From assembly GCA_029006135.1 (NCBI GenBank), contig JAQXGE010000082.1:4333-68332 (forward strand): a stretch of 64,000 bases of DNA, written 5' to 3'. The DNA comes from Oscillospiraceae bacterium. Its GTDB lineage: Bacteria; Bacillota; Clostridia; Oscillospirales; Ruminococcaceae. Shown in pieces: positions 19,132-27,728 of this stretch. Every line of letters starts with the position of its first letter. The first letter of the stretch is position 1. Made by a program: the position numbers and the translations under genes. The notes beneath the pieces are model-generated. The model searched no databases and had not been told where the DNA came from. It saw only the letters and a list, made by a program, of their open reading frames with translations.

Positions 19132-19208
19132 GCGGTCGTAGCTCAGCTGGATAGAGCGTTGGACTCCGACTCCAAAGGCCAGAGGTTCGAATCCCCCCGG
19201 CCGCACCA
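19132..19208 (+). tRNA. tRNA-Arg(CCG)
   Basis: Cloverleaf: acceptor GCGGTCG/CGGCCGC, D arm GCTC/GAGC, anticodon stem TTGGA/TCCAA with loop CTCCGAC, TTCGAAT loop, encoded CCA; upstream TTGCAT-N18-TAATAT. Confidence 0.92.
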
Positions 19209-19247
19209 AAAGAGCGCTGCAGAAAATCGCTGCAGCGCTCTTTTTTT
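19208..19247. terminator. Bidirectional intrinsic terminator between the tRNA and the PTS gene
   Basis: AAAAGAGCGCTGCAG-N7-CTGCAGCGCTCTTTTTTT. Confidence 0.8.
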
Positions 19248-19318
19248 GCTTTTTATTCGGTGCCGTCCCGGTTGCCCCGGGCAGAACAGGCGCTATCCGG
19301 GGAATGGAAAGCGGCCGC

Positions 19319-21460
19319 TCAGGCCTTCACGGCGAGGAGCTTTTCGCCGGCCGTGACGGGGCCGGTCTTGAGTGCGGTCACGCTCTTGTAGTCATCGGTG
19401 TTGCAGACAATCATCGGCGTTGTGCAGAGATACCCCTCCGCCTTGATTGCCTCCATGTCAAACTCGAGGAGCAAATCGCCCTGCTTGACCTTCTGCCCGG
19501 CGGAAACGCGGGCATCAAAGTGGCGGCCGCCGAGCTTGACCGTGTCAATGCCGACATGGAGAAGCAGCTCCACGCCGTCTGCGGTCGTCATGCCGATGGC
19601 GTGCTTGGAATCGAATACGTTGTCAATCTCGCCATCCGCCGGGGCAAACAGCTTGCCCTCGGAAGGCTCCACGGCAACGCCATCGCCCAAGACGCAGGCG
19701 GCAAACGCCTCGTCCTTGACTTCACTCATGGGAATGGCTGTGCCGCTCATGGGGGAAACGAGCTCCGCATCCTTTTTGCCGGAACTTTCCGCGGCGGGAG
19801 CAGGGGCGGCGGGCGCCGGAGCGGGCGCGGCGGAGGCGGGCAGGATGGTGTTGGATTCCGGCGTGTCCATGAAATCCACAAGGTTCGATTTGATGACGGA
19901 CACCTGCGGTCCGTAAATGACCTGGATGCCATTGCCTTTATGGACAACGCCGGACGCACCGGAGGATTTCAGCACGGCATCGCTCACAAGGCCGGGGTCA
20001 GTGACCGTCACGCGCAGACGGGTTGCGCAGCAGTCCACGTCCGCAATGTTCGCCTTGCCGCCAAGACCCTGAAGAATCAGGACCGAGACAGGGTCGCCGG
20101 ATTTGCTCTGCGCGGCACCGTCAGGCCCGACACCGGTCTTGGCCTTGAAGTCGGCACGGGTATAGAGTTTGGCCTCGCCTTCCTCATCATCGCGGCCGGG
20201 GGTCTTGAGGTCCATCTTGGTGATCATGAAATAGAAGGTGAAATAGTACAGGAAGAAATAGACGACACCGACCACAACAATCCAAATCCAATGCGTTTTT
20301 GCATTGCCCTGCATGATGCCGAACAGCGTCAGGTCAATCAGACCGCCCGAGAACGTCATGCCGACACCCACGTTCAGGATGTGCATGAGCATATAGGACA
20401 GGCCCGCATAGAGGCAGTGGACCACATACATGGCGGGGGCTACGAACAGGAAGGTGAACTCAAGCGGTTCGGTGATGCCGGTGAGCATCGAGGTCAGCGC
20501 GGCGGAGATGAGCAGGCCGCCCACCTGCCTGCGCTTTTCGGGCTTGGCGGCGCGGTACATGGCCAGCGCGGCGCCGGGCAGGCCGAAAATCATCATGGGG
20601 AACTTGCCCGCCATGAAGCGGGTGGCTTCAACCGAGAACTCTGCCGTATTGCGGGACGCCAGCTCCGCAAAGAAGATGTTCTGCGCACCCTGCACGGTCA
20701 CGCCGTCCACCACGGCTGTGCCGCCCACGGCGGTCTGCCAGAACGGCATATAGAACACATGATGCAGGCCGAAGGGAATCAGCGCACGCTCGGTCACGCC
20801 GTAAATCCAGGTTCCGAAATAGCCCGAACTGATGACGAGGTTGCCCAGCAGCGTGATGGCGTTCTGCACGACCGGCCAGACATAGAACATGGCGATGCCC
20901 ACCACAAGAAAGACGGCGGTGGAAACAATCGGCACGAACCGGGTGCCGCCAAAGAAGGACAGCACCTGCGGAAGCTGAATCTTATAGAATTTGTTGTGCA
21001 GTGCCGCCACGCCGAGGCCGACGATGATGCCGCCGAAAACGCCCATCTGAAGCGTGGTGATGCCGAGCATTGAGGTGGTGGAGTTGGGCGCCATGGATTC
21101 AACGCCGCCGTGGGCGTTGATCATCGCACTGATGGCGGTGTTCATGACCAGGTAGGCAATGGCACCGGAGAGCGCCGCAACTTCTTTCTCCTTCTTTGCC
21201 ATGCCGATGGCCACGCCCATTGCAAAGAGCAGGGCAAGGTTGTTGAAGATGGCACTGCCGCACTGGTTCATGATGTCAAGAACGGTGTAAATCACCGTGC
21301 CCTCATGAATCAGCCCTGTCAGGCCGTAGGTTTCGAGCATGGTCTGATTGGTGAAGGAGCTGCCTATGCCCAGAAGCAGGCCCGCCACCGGCAGCAGGGC
21401 AATGGGGAGCATAAAGGAGCGTCCCACGCGCTGCAGCACGCCGAAGATTTTGTCTTTCAC
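19319..21460 (-). CDS. ptsG: PTS transporter EIICBA, glucose/maltose family
   Basis: LQRVGRSFMLPIALLP, GITEPLEF (IIC), DCCATRLR (IIB), Ala/Pro linker, LLHVGIDTV (IIA); GTG start after GGGAGG. Confidence 0.85.
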   Translation of the reverse strand: MKDKIFGVLQRVGRSFMLPIALLPVAGLLLGIGSSFTNQTMLETYGLTGLIHEGTVIYTVLDIMNQCGSAIFNNLALLFAMGVAIGMAKKEKEVAALSGAIAYLVMNTAISAMINAHGGVESMAPNSTTSMLGITTLQMGVFGGIIVGLGVAALHNKFYKIQLPQVLSFFGGTRFVPIVSTAVFLVVGIAMFYVWPVVQNAITLLGNLVISSGYFGTWIYGVTERALIPFGLHHVFYMPFWQTAVGGTAVVDGVTVQGAQNIFFAELASRNTAEFSVEATRFMAGKFPMMIFGLPGAALAMYRAAKPEKRRQVGGLLISAALTSMLTGITEPLEFTFLFVAPAMYVVHCLYAGLSYMLMHILNVGVGMTFSGGLIDLTLFGIMQGNAKTHWIWIVVVGVVYFFLYYFTFYFMITKMDLKTPGRDDEEGEAKLYTRADFKAKTGVGPDGAAQSKSGDPVSVLILQGLGGKANIADVDCCATRLRVTVTDPGLVSDAVLKSSGASGVVHKGNGIQVIYGPQVSVIKSNLVDFMDTPESNTILPASAAPAPAPAAPAPAAESSGKKDAELVSPMSGTAIPMSEVKDEAFAACVLGDGVAVEPSEGKLFAPADGEIDNVFDSKHAIGMTTADGVELLLHVGIDTVKLGGRHFDARVSAGQKVKQGDLLLEFDMEAIKAEGYLCTTPMIVCNTDDYKSVTALKTGPVTAGEKLLAVKA

Positions 21461-21633
21461 GAACAGATTCCTCCCTTTTGGTTGGTCCGGCCGGGCTTTT
21501 TGCGTCAGCCGGTTATTTCACATCCGCAGGCAAATACCGCCTGCGGCATCGTGACAAAACGCGATTTTTTTGCAGTGAGAACTCGATACAGCGTTGTTTT
21601 TTGTTTCAAAATTTTGCGTTTTTCAATATGGGA

Positions 21634-22488
21634 TTATTCTGCATCGCCGCTCCCGGCAACACGCTTGAGATGAATGGTCAGGTAGACGAGTTCCTCGCCG
21701 GACAGTTCCTTCCCGCACGCCGCCCTGACATACTGGGCAATGTGTTCGGCGCACTGATAATGTTCCTTACAGTTGCGGGCAATGAGCTGGCGGAACGCCG
21801 CGTCCCGCTCGTCATCGGAATCCTGCGCCGTTGTATTCTGGTAAAGGCGCTGGGCAAAGTAGCGCAGATGCACAACAAACCGGCTGAAATCCAGTGAGTC
21901 CCGGTCAAACGTGCGGTGGTAGTAGCTTTCCACAAGCGCAATGATGCCCTCGATGAGCTGGGTGATCTCTATCATCTCACTCATCTGGGTGTTGAGCTCG
22001 GCGTTGACGATATGCAGCGCCAAAAAGGATGCCTCGACTTCGGGCAGCGCACAGCCAAGACGGCGGTTGATCTCCCGCAGGCACCACTGCCCCAGTGCAT
22101 ATTCGGCCGGGTAATAACTGCGCACGGCCCCCTCAAGAGGGTTATCAAAGGCGATGCCCTGCTCCTGGCGGCGAATCGCAAAACTGATATGGTCCGCCAT
22201 CGTGATGAGCAGCGACTCGTTGAGCTCCCCGCGCAGTTCGCCGCGGATATGTTCAATCAGATCCTCGGTGAGAGCTAAATGCTCCGCGGGGATCTCCTCG
22301 ACCAGTTCCTGAAGCCGGCGCTGCTTGGCCTTGTCCACCATGCGGTAGACTTTTTCCACCCGCGTCTCGTCAACGCGCTCGCCGATTTTGCGCTGGAACC
22401 CGATGCCGCGCCCGGTCACGATGATTTCGGACCCGTCCTCATCTACGGCACAGAGAACATTATTATTGATGACCCGTTTGACCCGCAA
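21634..22488 (-). CDS. BglG/LicT/GlcT-family PRD transcriptional antiterminator
   Basis: CAT domain RVKRVINNNV..GRGIGF; PRD motifs DHISFAI, LALHIVNA, YLTIHL; TTG start after GAGGAGG. Confidence 0.9.
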   Translation of the reverse strand: MRVKRVINNNVLCAVDEDGSEIIVTGRGIGFQRKIGERVDETRVEKVYRMVDKAKQRRLQELVEEIPAEHLALTEDLIEHIRGELRGELNESLLITMADHISFAIRRQEQGIAFDNPLEGAVRSYYPAEYALGQWCLREINRRLGCALPEVEASFLALHIVNAELNTQMSEMIEITQLIEGIIALVESYYHRTFDRDSLDFSRFVVHLRYFAQRLYQNTTAQDSDDERDAAFRQLIARNCKEHYQCAEHIAQYVRAACGKELSGEELVYLTIHLKRVAGSGDAE

Positions 22489-22503
22489 AAAACGTGCCTC
22501 CTC

Positions 22504-22583
22504 AAAAAAATAGACCAGCCCCGAGCCCACAGCACAAAGCCCTGGGTCAGAGTTGGTCAAGCCCGCATTACCGGTAACAATCC
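22504..22583 (-). promoter_or_regulatory. RAT (ribonucleic antiterminator) overlapping a leader terminator
   Basis: Minus strand GGATTGTTACCGGTAATGCGGGCTTGACC (22583-22555) resembles the BglG/LicT RAT and overlaps hairpin GACCA...TGGTC followed by TATTTTTTT. Confidence 0.85.
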
Positions 22584-22602
22584 AACGATATTATATAATG
22601 TT

Positions 22603-22631
22603 AGAGTAGCATGGTTCCCTGCAAAAGTCAA
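22603..22631 (-). promoter_or_regulatory. Sigma-A promoter of the antiterminator-PTS operon
   Basis: TTGACT-N17-TACTCT with TG extension, ~20 nt upstream of the RAT. Confidence 0.65.
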
Positions 22632-22749
22632 TCGGCTGTTTAGCGGCTTACAAAAAATCGGGAGAACGCACAAAGAAAACTTTTCCTCTTTGGTCATTAC
22701 AGCAAAACCCGCCCGGCTCAGCGGAGCGCGGCCGCTTAGTTATTTGAAC

Positions 22750-22946
22750 GTTAATGGGATTAGAGACTGCCTCCCCTTGAAGTAAGGGGTGAGCGAAGCG
22801 AAGGAGCGGGAGTGAATGACAGTCCAGTGGACTGTCAGAGCCGCGACCGGATTTGCCGCAGCAAATTGTCGGCGTGAGCCGACTGAAGGGATTTAAGCCT
22901 TGCGGCCAACTGCCGTTTATCTTTCGCAGCACTCGCTGCCGCAGGC
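22750..22946 (+). repeat. Structured intergenic repeat family, locus 4 (partial unit with module Y)
   Basis: CTCCCCTTGAAGTAAGGGG + GACAGTCCAGTGGACTGTC module + GACTGAAGGGATTTAAGCCTTG..CTGCCGTTTATCTT. Confidence 0.88.
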
Positions 22947-23116
22947 AATACTTCCTGTGAAGCGTTGGATACAATCGTTACAAAATGGAAACGGAGGAAG
23001 TTACAAATTGGAAACAAGCAGGCCGGTTCCACGGGTTCCAACTCGAAAAACTGACCAAAAAGGCTATCTCTTTGTTGTGCGGAACGCCAAAGTTTATAAA
23101 AAGTGTCAAGATGTGC

Positions 23117-23174
23117 TTGCAAATTTGGAATATATGCAGTATGATGAACCTGTAATCGGTTGGAAACATTTCCA
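23117..23174 (+). promoter_or_regulatory. Promoter and LacI-type operator of the maltodextrin operon
   Basis: TTGCAA-N17-TATGAT followed by near-palindrome TGGAAACATTTCCA (23161-23174). Confidence 0.6.
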
Positions 23175-23233
23175 CAATGGTTCCACCAAAAAACAGAACA
23201 ACCCCAGCAACCTATTTCAAGGAGGAAAACACA

Positions 23234-24607
23234 ATGAAAGCTAAGAAAGTTCTTTCGCTGACTGTCGCTTCCGCGATGGCCGCAGCGATGCTGGCCGGCT
23301 GCGGTGGCAGCTCCAGCAGCTCTGAAGCCGCTTCCAGCGCCGCTGAGAGCACCCCTGCTTCCAGCACTGCCGAGAGCACGCCCGCTGCTGCCGGTGAAGT
23401 TTACTACCTGAACTTCAAGCCCGAGTTTGACGAGGCTCTGCAGGGCCTGGCCCAGACCTACACCGAGAAGACCGGTGTTCCCGTCAAGGTCGTCACCGCT
23501 GCTTCCGGCGACTACGCCACCACCCTGAACGCCCAGATGGGCAAGGATGGCGCTCCTACCATCTACAACATCGGCAATATGTCCGGCCTGAAGGACTGGG
23601 ATTCCTACGCTCTTGACCTGAGCGACACCCCGCTTGCCGGCGAGCTGACCACCAACGACTTCAACCTCTACAACGAGGCTGGCGAGCTGAAGGCCATGGG
23701 CTACTGCTACGAGTCCTTCGGCATCATCGTCAATACCAAGCTGCTGGCTGATGCTGGTCACTCTCTCGATGAGATCACCAACTTTGATTCTCTGAAGGCT
23801 GTTGCGGACGACATTCATGCCCGCGCCGACGAGCTGGGCTTTGATGCCTTCACCTCCGCCGGTCTGGACGGCTCTTCTTCCTGGCGTTTCTCCGGCCATC
23901 TGGCCAATATGCCTCTGTTCTATGAGTTCCGTGATGATGGCGTGAACGAGCAGCCCGCCACCGTGACCGGCGCTTATCTGGACAACTTCCGCAACATCTG
24001 GGATCTGTACATCACCGATTCCGCTGCTGATCCTGCTTCTCTGACCACCGCCACCGGCGACCAGGCTGAGGCTGAGTTCGGCGAAGGCAAGGCTGTCTTC
24101 TATCAGAACGGCACCTGGGAGTACGCAAATCTCGTCACCGATGAGACCAAGTTCAAGATGAACGCGGACGACCTCGCCATGATCCCCATCTACTGCGGTG
24201 TTGAGGGCGAAGAAAAGGCCGGCCTGTGCTCCGGCACTGAGAACTGCTGGGCTGTCAACAGCCAGGCTTCCGAGGAAGACATTCAGGCTTCTCTGGACTT
24301 CCTGTACTGGATGGTCACCGATGCAGACGCTTCCGCTGTCATGGTTGAGCAGCTGGGCGCTGTTCCCTTCAAGAGCTGCCCTGCTTCCTCCAACAAGTTC
24401 ATCGTCGACGGCAACGAACTGCTGTCCAACGGCAACTACGCTGTGACCTGGGCCTTCAACTACACTCCCAACGTTGACTCCTGGAGATCTACCATGGTGA
24501 CTGCTCTGGCCGCTTACTCCACTGATCCCACCGATGCCAACTGGGAGCAGGTCGTCTCCGCTTATGTTGATGGCTGGGCAATCGAGTATCAGACTGTCAA
24601 GGGCTGA
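23234..24607 (+). CDS. Sugar (probably maltodextrin) ABC substrate-binding lipoprotein
   Basis: Lipobox LAGC, Ser/Ala linker, YYLNFKPE, FYQNGTW; AAGGAGG RBS; operon contains malQ. Confidence 0.88.
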   Translation: MKAKKVLSLTVASAMAAAMLAGCGGSSSSSEAASSAAESTPASSTAESTPAAAGEVYYLNFKPEFDEALQGLAQTYTEKTGVPVKVVTAASGDYATTLNAQMGKDGAPTIYNIGNMSGLKDWDSYALDLSDTPLAGELTTNDFNLYNEAGELKAMGYCYESFGIIVNTKLLADAGHSLDEITNFDSLKAVADDIHARADELGFDAFTSAGLDGSSSWRFSGHLANMPLFYEFRDDGVNEQPATVTGAYLDNFRNIWDLYITDSAADPASLTTATGDQAEAEFGEGKAVFYQNGTWEYANLVTDETKFKMNADDLAMIPIYCGVEGEEKAGLCSGTENCWAVNSQASEEDIQASLDFLYWMVTDADASAVMVEQLGAVPFKSCPASSNKFIVDGNELLSNGNYAVTWAFNYTPNVDSWRSTMVTALAAYSTDPTDANWEQVVSAYVDGWAIEYQTVKG

Positions 24608-24650
24608 TTTTCGCGCTGCGTAATCTTCTGACTGCGTAATCGAACTAAGC

Positions 24651-24679
24651 TGGGGGGCGGGCGTCAGCCCGCCCCCCCA
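24651..24679 (+). terminator. GC hairpin after the binding-protein gene (stabiliser/attenuator)
   Basis: GGGGGGCGGGC-GTCA-GCCCGCCCCCC. Confidence 0.55.
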
Positions 24680-24789
24680 TTTATATTGTAAACGATGACC
24701 GGTGTATTCAAAAATAACGCTTCTGTGTGGATTTTCATGAGATACATCCGGGAACCAACCGTGGTACCGCAGAAAGTGAGGGAATATCA

Positions 24790-25698
24790 TTGAGTAAGAA
24801 AACGGATCGCGCCGCACTGAACAGTGAACTGATTCGGCGGCCCATCAAGCGCTGGGCGCCGCTGTTCATCCTGCCGGTGTTTATCTGCTTCTGCATCGGA
24901 TTTGTCTGGCCTTTCATCCAGGGCATTTATCTGTCCTTCTGCAACTTCAACGTCCCCTCTGACGCCACATGGGTCGGGCTGCAGAACTATCAGAAAATCT
25001 GGTCCGATGTGGGATTCTGGAACGCTTTTAAGAACACCGCCGCCTTTGCTGTGGTGTCCATCATCCTGATTAACGTTGTGGCATTCGGCATTGCCTACGC
25101 GCTGACCCAGAAAATGTGGGGCTCCAACCTGTTCCGTACGGTGTTCTTTATGCCCAATCTCATCGGCGGCGTGGTGCTGGGCTACATCTGGAGCATGATC
25201 TTTGACGGCATCCTGAAGCACTATTCCACCTACCTCACGGCCAACTCGACCTACGGATTCTGGGGTCTGGTTGTCCTGGTGGCCTGGCAGCAGATTGGCT
25301 ACATGATGATCATCTACATTGCGGGTTTGCAGTCCATCCCCGAGGATATGCTCGAGGCTGCGCGCATTGACGGCGCGTCCGGCCGGCAGATTCTTTTCAA
25401 GATTGTTCTTCCCAACGTGATGCCTTCCATCACGACCTGCACGTTCCTGACGCTGACCAACTCCTTCAAGCTGTTTGACCAGAACCTGGCTCTGACCGGC
25501 GGCGCACCGTCCGTTATCATGAACGGCGCCAAGATCAACCAGACGGAACTGCTGGCGCTCAACATTTACTCCACCTATAACATCAACAAGAACTATCATG
25601 GCGTGGCCCAGGCGAAGGCTGTGATCTTCTTCCTGCTCGTGGCGGTGCTGGCCATCGCGCAGCAGGCTGCGACCCGTTCCAAGGAGGTGCAGCAGTAA
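24790..25698 (+). CDS. Carbohydrate ABC permease
   Basis: EAA motif MLEAARIDGAS; TM helices; probable TTG start after GAGGG. Confidence 0.88.
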   Translation: MSKKTDRAALNSELIRRPIKRWAPLFILPVFICFCIGFVWPFIQGIYLSFCNFNVPSDATWVGLQNYQKIWSDVGFWNAFKNTAAFAVVSIILINVVAFGIAYALTQKMWGSNLFRTVFFMPNLIGGVVLGYIWSMIFDGILKHYSTYLTANSTYGFWGLVVLVAWQQIGYMMIIYIAGLQSIPEDMLEAARIDGASGRQILFKIVLPNVMPSITTCTFLTLTNSFKLFDQNLALTGGAPSVIMNGAKINQTELLALNIYSTYNINKNYHGVAQAKAVIFFLLVAVLAIAQQAATRSKEVQQ

Positions 25699-26552
25699 TG
25701 GAAAAGAAACATCGCAAGTATTCCACCGGCAGCATTGTGCTCTCCTGCGTGTTCGTGGCAATCTCCATCCTCTGGATTATGCCCATTGTGGAAGTTATCA
25801 TCAACTCCTTCAAGACCAACAACGCCATCAACCTGAACCCGTTCTCTCTGCCCAATGGGGAAACTTTTGCGGGCATGGCGAACTACGTCAAGGGCCTGAC
25901 CTTCGGCAACTACCCCTTCATGAAGTCCGCTGGGTACAGCGTCTATATCTCGGTTATCTCGACCGGCGCAATCCTGCTGTTCTGCTCGATGGCCGCATGG
26001 TATATTGCCCGTGTGCAGAGCGCATTTGCAAAGTTCTTCTACTATCTGTGCCTGTTCTCGATGATTGTTCCCTTCCAGATGGTGATGTTCACCCTGACGA
26101 ACACCGCCGCCAAGCTGAAGCTCAACACCCCGTGGACCATCCCGGTCATCTACCTCGGCTTTGGCGCGGGTCTTGCCATCTTCATGTTCGTGGGCTTTGT
26201 CAAGGGCCTGCCGCTGGAAATTGAGGAAGCAGCCGCCATTGACGGCTGCGGCCCGGTGCGCACCTTCTTCAATGTGGTGCTGCCCATGCTCAAGCCCACG
26301 ATGATTTCGGTCGGCATCCTTGAACTGATGTGGGTCTGGAACGACTACCTCCTGCCGTACCTGATCCTCGACATCACCGAGTACCGCACGATTCCCATCC
26401 ACATCCAGTACCTGAAGGGCAGCTACGGCACGGTTGACCTGGGCGCAACGATGGCAATCATCATGATGGCCATTCTGCCCATCATCATCGTCTATATGTT
26501 CTGCCAGAAATACATCATCAAGGGCGTCGCCGCCGGTGCCGTCAAGGGATGA
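25698..26552 (+). CDS. Carbohydrate ABC permease
   Basis: EAA motif IEEAAAIDGCG; C-terminal QKYIIKGVAAGAVKG. Confidence 0.9.
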   Translation: MEKKHRKYSTGSIVLSCVFVAISILWIMPIVEVIINSFKTNNAINLNPFSLPNGETFAGMANYVKGLTFGNYPFMKSAGYSVYISVISTGAILLFCSMAAWYIARVQSAFAKFFYYLCLFSMIVPFQMVMFTLTNTAAKLKLNTPWTIPVIYLGFGAGLAIFMFVGFVKGLPLEIEEAAAIDGCGPVRTFFNVVLPMLKPTMISVGILELMWVWNDYLLPYLILDITEYRTIPIHIQYLKGSYGTVDLGATMAIIMMAILPIIIVYMFCQKYIIKGVAAGAVKG

Positions 26553-26687
26553 TACAATTACGGACTATTTCGCAAAGGCCGGTGCGGCCGGTCCCGTGCG
26601 AAAGGTCCCTGTAAATCCGGACGCCCGATGCGGGGGAGAAAAATCTGCCCCCGCACGGGTTGTCCTTATTAAAGGAGCGGCTTTTCC

Positions 26688-27704
26688 ATGACCATCAAAG
26701 ACATCGCCAGGGAATCCGGCTATGCAGTCGGCACGGTCTCCCGTGTGCTGAATAACAGTCCCAACGTGAGCGATGCCGCCCGTCAGCGCATCCTTGAAGT
26801 CGTGCAGAAATACGACTTTCAGCCCAACTCCAACGCCAAGCACCTCAAACAGCAGGTCAGCCAGGGAATCGCCATGATTGTCAAGGGCAGCCACAACGTC
26901 CTGTTTGCAAGCCTCCTTGAAAAGACCCAGATTGCCTGTGACGCAGCCGGGTTCAGCAGCACCGTCTATTACATTGACGAGGACGACAACGAAGTGGCTC
27001 ATGCCCGGCAGGTTTGCCGGGAACACAAGCCCAGCGGCATCATCTTTTTTGGCTCGGACAGCAACAACTTTGACGAAAACCTCTCCGAGCTTGACATTCC
27101 CTGCCTGCTCATGACCAACATGGCGGCGGCCAGCAGCAGCGACAATCTTTCCAGCGTCAGCGTGGATGATACCGGTGCGGCCGCTCACATGATTGAGTAC
27201 CTCCACCGGAAAGGACACCGGAATATCGGCGTGATCGGCGGTGACCCGGGAAGCTCCTACCCCAGTATGGCGCGTCTTTCGGGGTGCCTTTTGAGCTGTT
27301 CGCAGCTGGGCATCCCCTTTGACCCGCAGACGCAGTATGTGGCAACCCGCTTCACCTTTGAGGGCGGTTATCACGCGATGGAGCAGCTGCTGGAAAGATG
27401 CCCCGACCTGACCGCCGTCTTTGCGTACAGCGATATCATGGCAATCGGTGCCATCCGTGCGCTGCGCGACCACGGCCTGAGTGTGCCGGAGGATGTATCG
27501 GTCTGCGGCTTTGACGGCATTTCGCTGACCTCTTACCTCACGCCGCGCCTGACCACCATCCGTCAGCCGGAGGACCGGCTGGCACTGCGCGGGGTCAGCA
27601 TCCTGATCCACTGCATTGAGGAGGGCCACGGTGCGGTCCATGAGATCGTCCCCTATGAACTTCAGGAGGGCGAAAGCGTCCGTACTCTGCCAAGTGCGGA
27701 GTGA
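26688..27704 (+). CDS. LacI-family transcriptional regulator
   Basis: MTIKDIARESGYAVGTVSRVLN HTH; VPEDVSVCGFD; LTTIRQP. Confidence 0.93.
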   Translation: MTIKDIARESGYAVGTVSRVLNNSPNVSDAARQRILEVVQKYDFQPNSNAKHLKQQVSQGIAMIVKGSHNVLFASLLEKTQIACDAAGFSSTVYYIDEDDNEVAHARQVCREHKPSGIIFFGSDSNNFDENLSELDIPCLLMTNMAAASSSDNLSSVSVDDTGAAAHMIEYLHRKGHRNIGVIGGDPGSSYPSMARLSGCLLSCSQLGIPFDPQTQYVATRFTFEGGYHAMEQLLERCPDLTAVFAYSDIMAIGAIRALRDHGLSVPEDVSVCGFDGISLTSYLTPRLTTIRQPEDRLALRGVSILIHCIEEGHGAVHEIVPYELQEGESVRTLPSAE

Positions 27705-27728
27705 AACTTTCAGGAAGGGAGCATCACC

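Noticed and set aside
19132-19320. Integrative element at tRNA-Arg
   Set aside because: No integrase and no duplicated tRNA 3' end seen in the window; a terminator follows directly.
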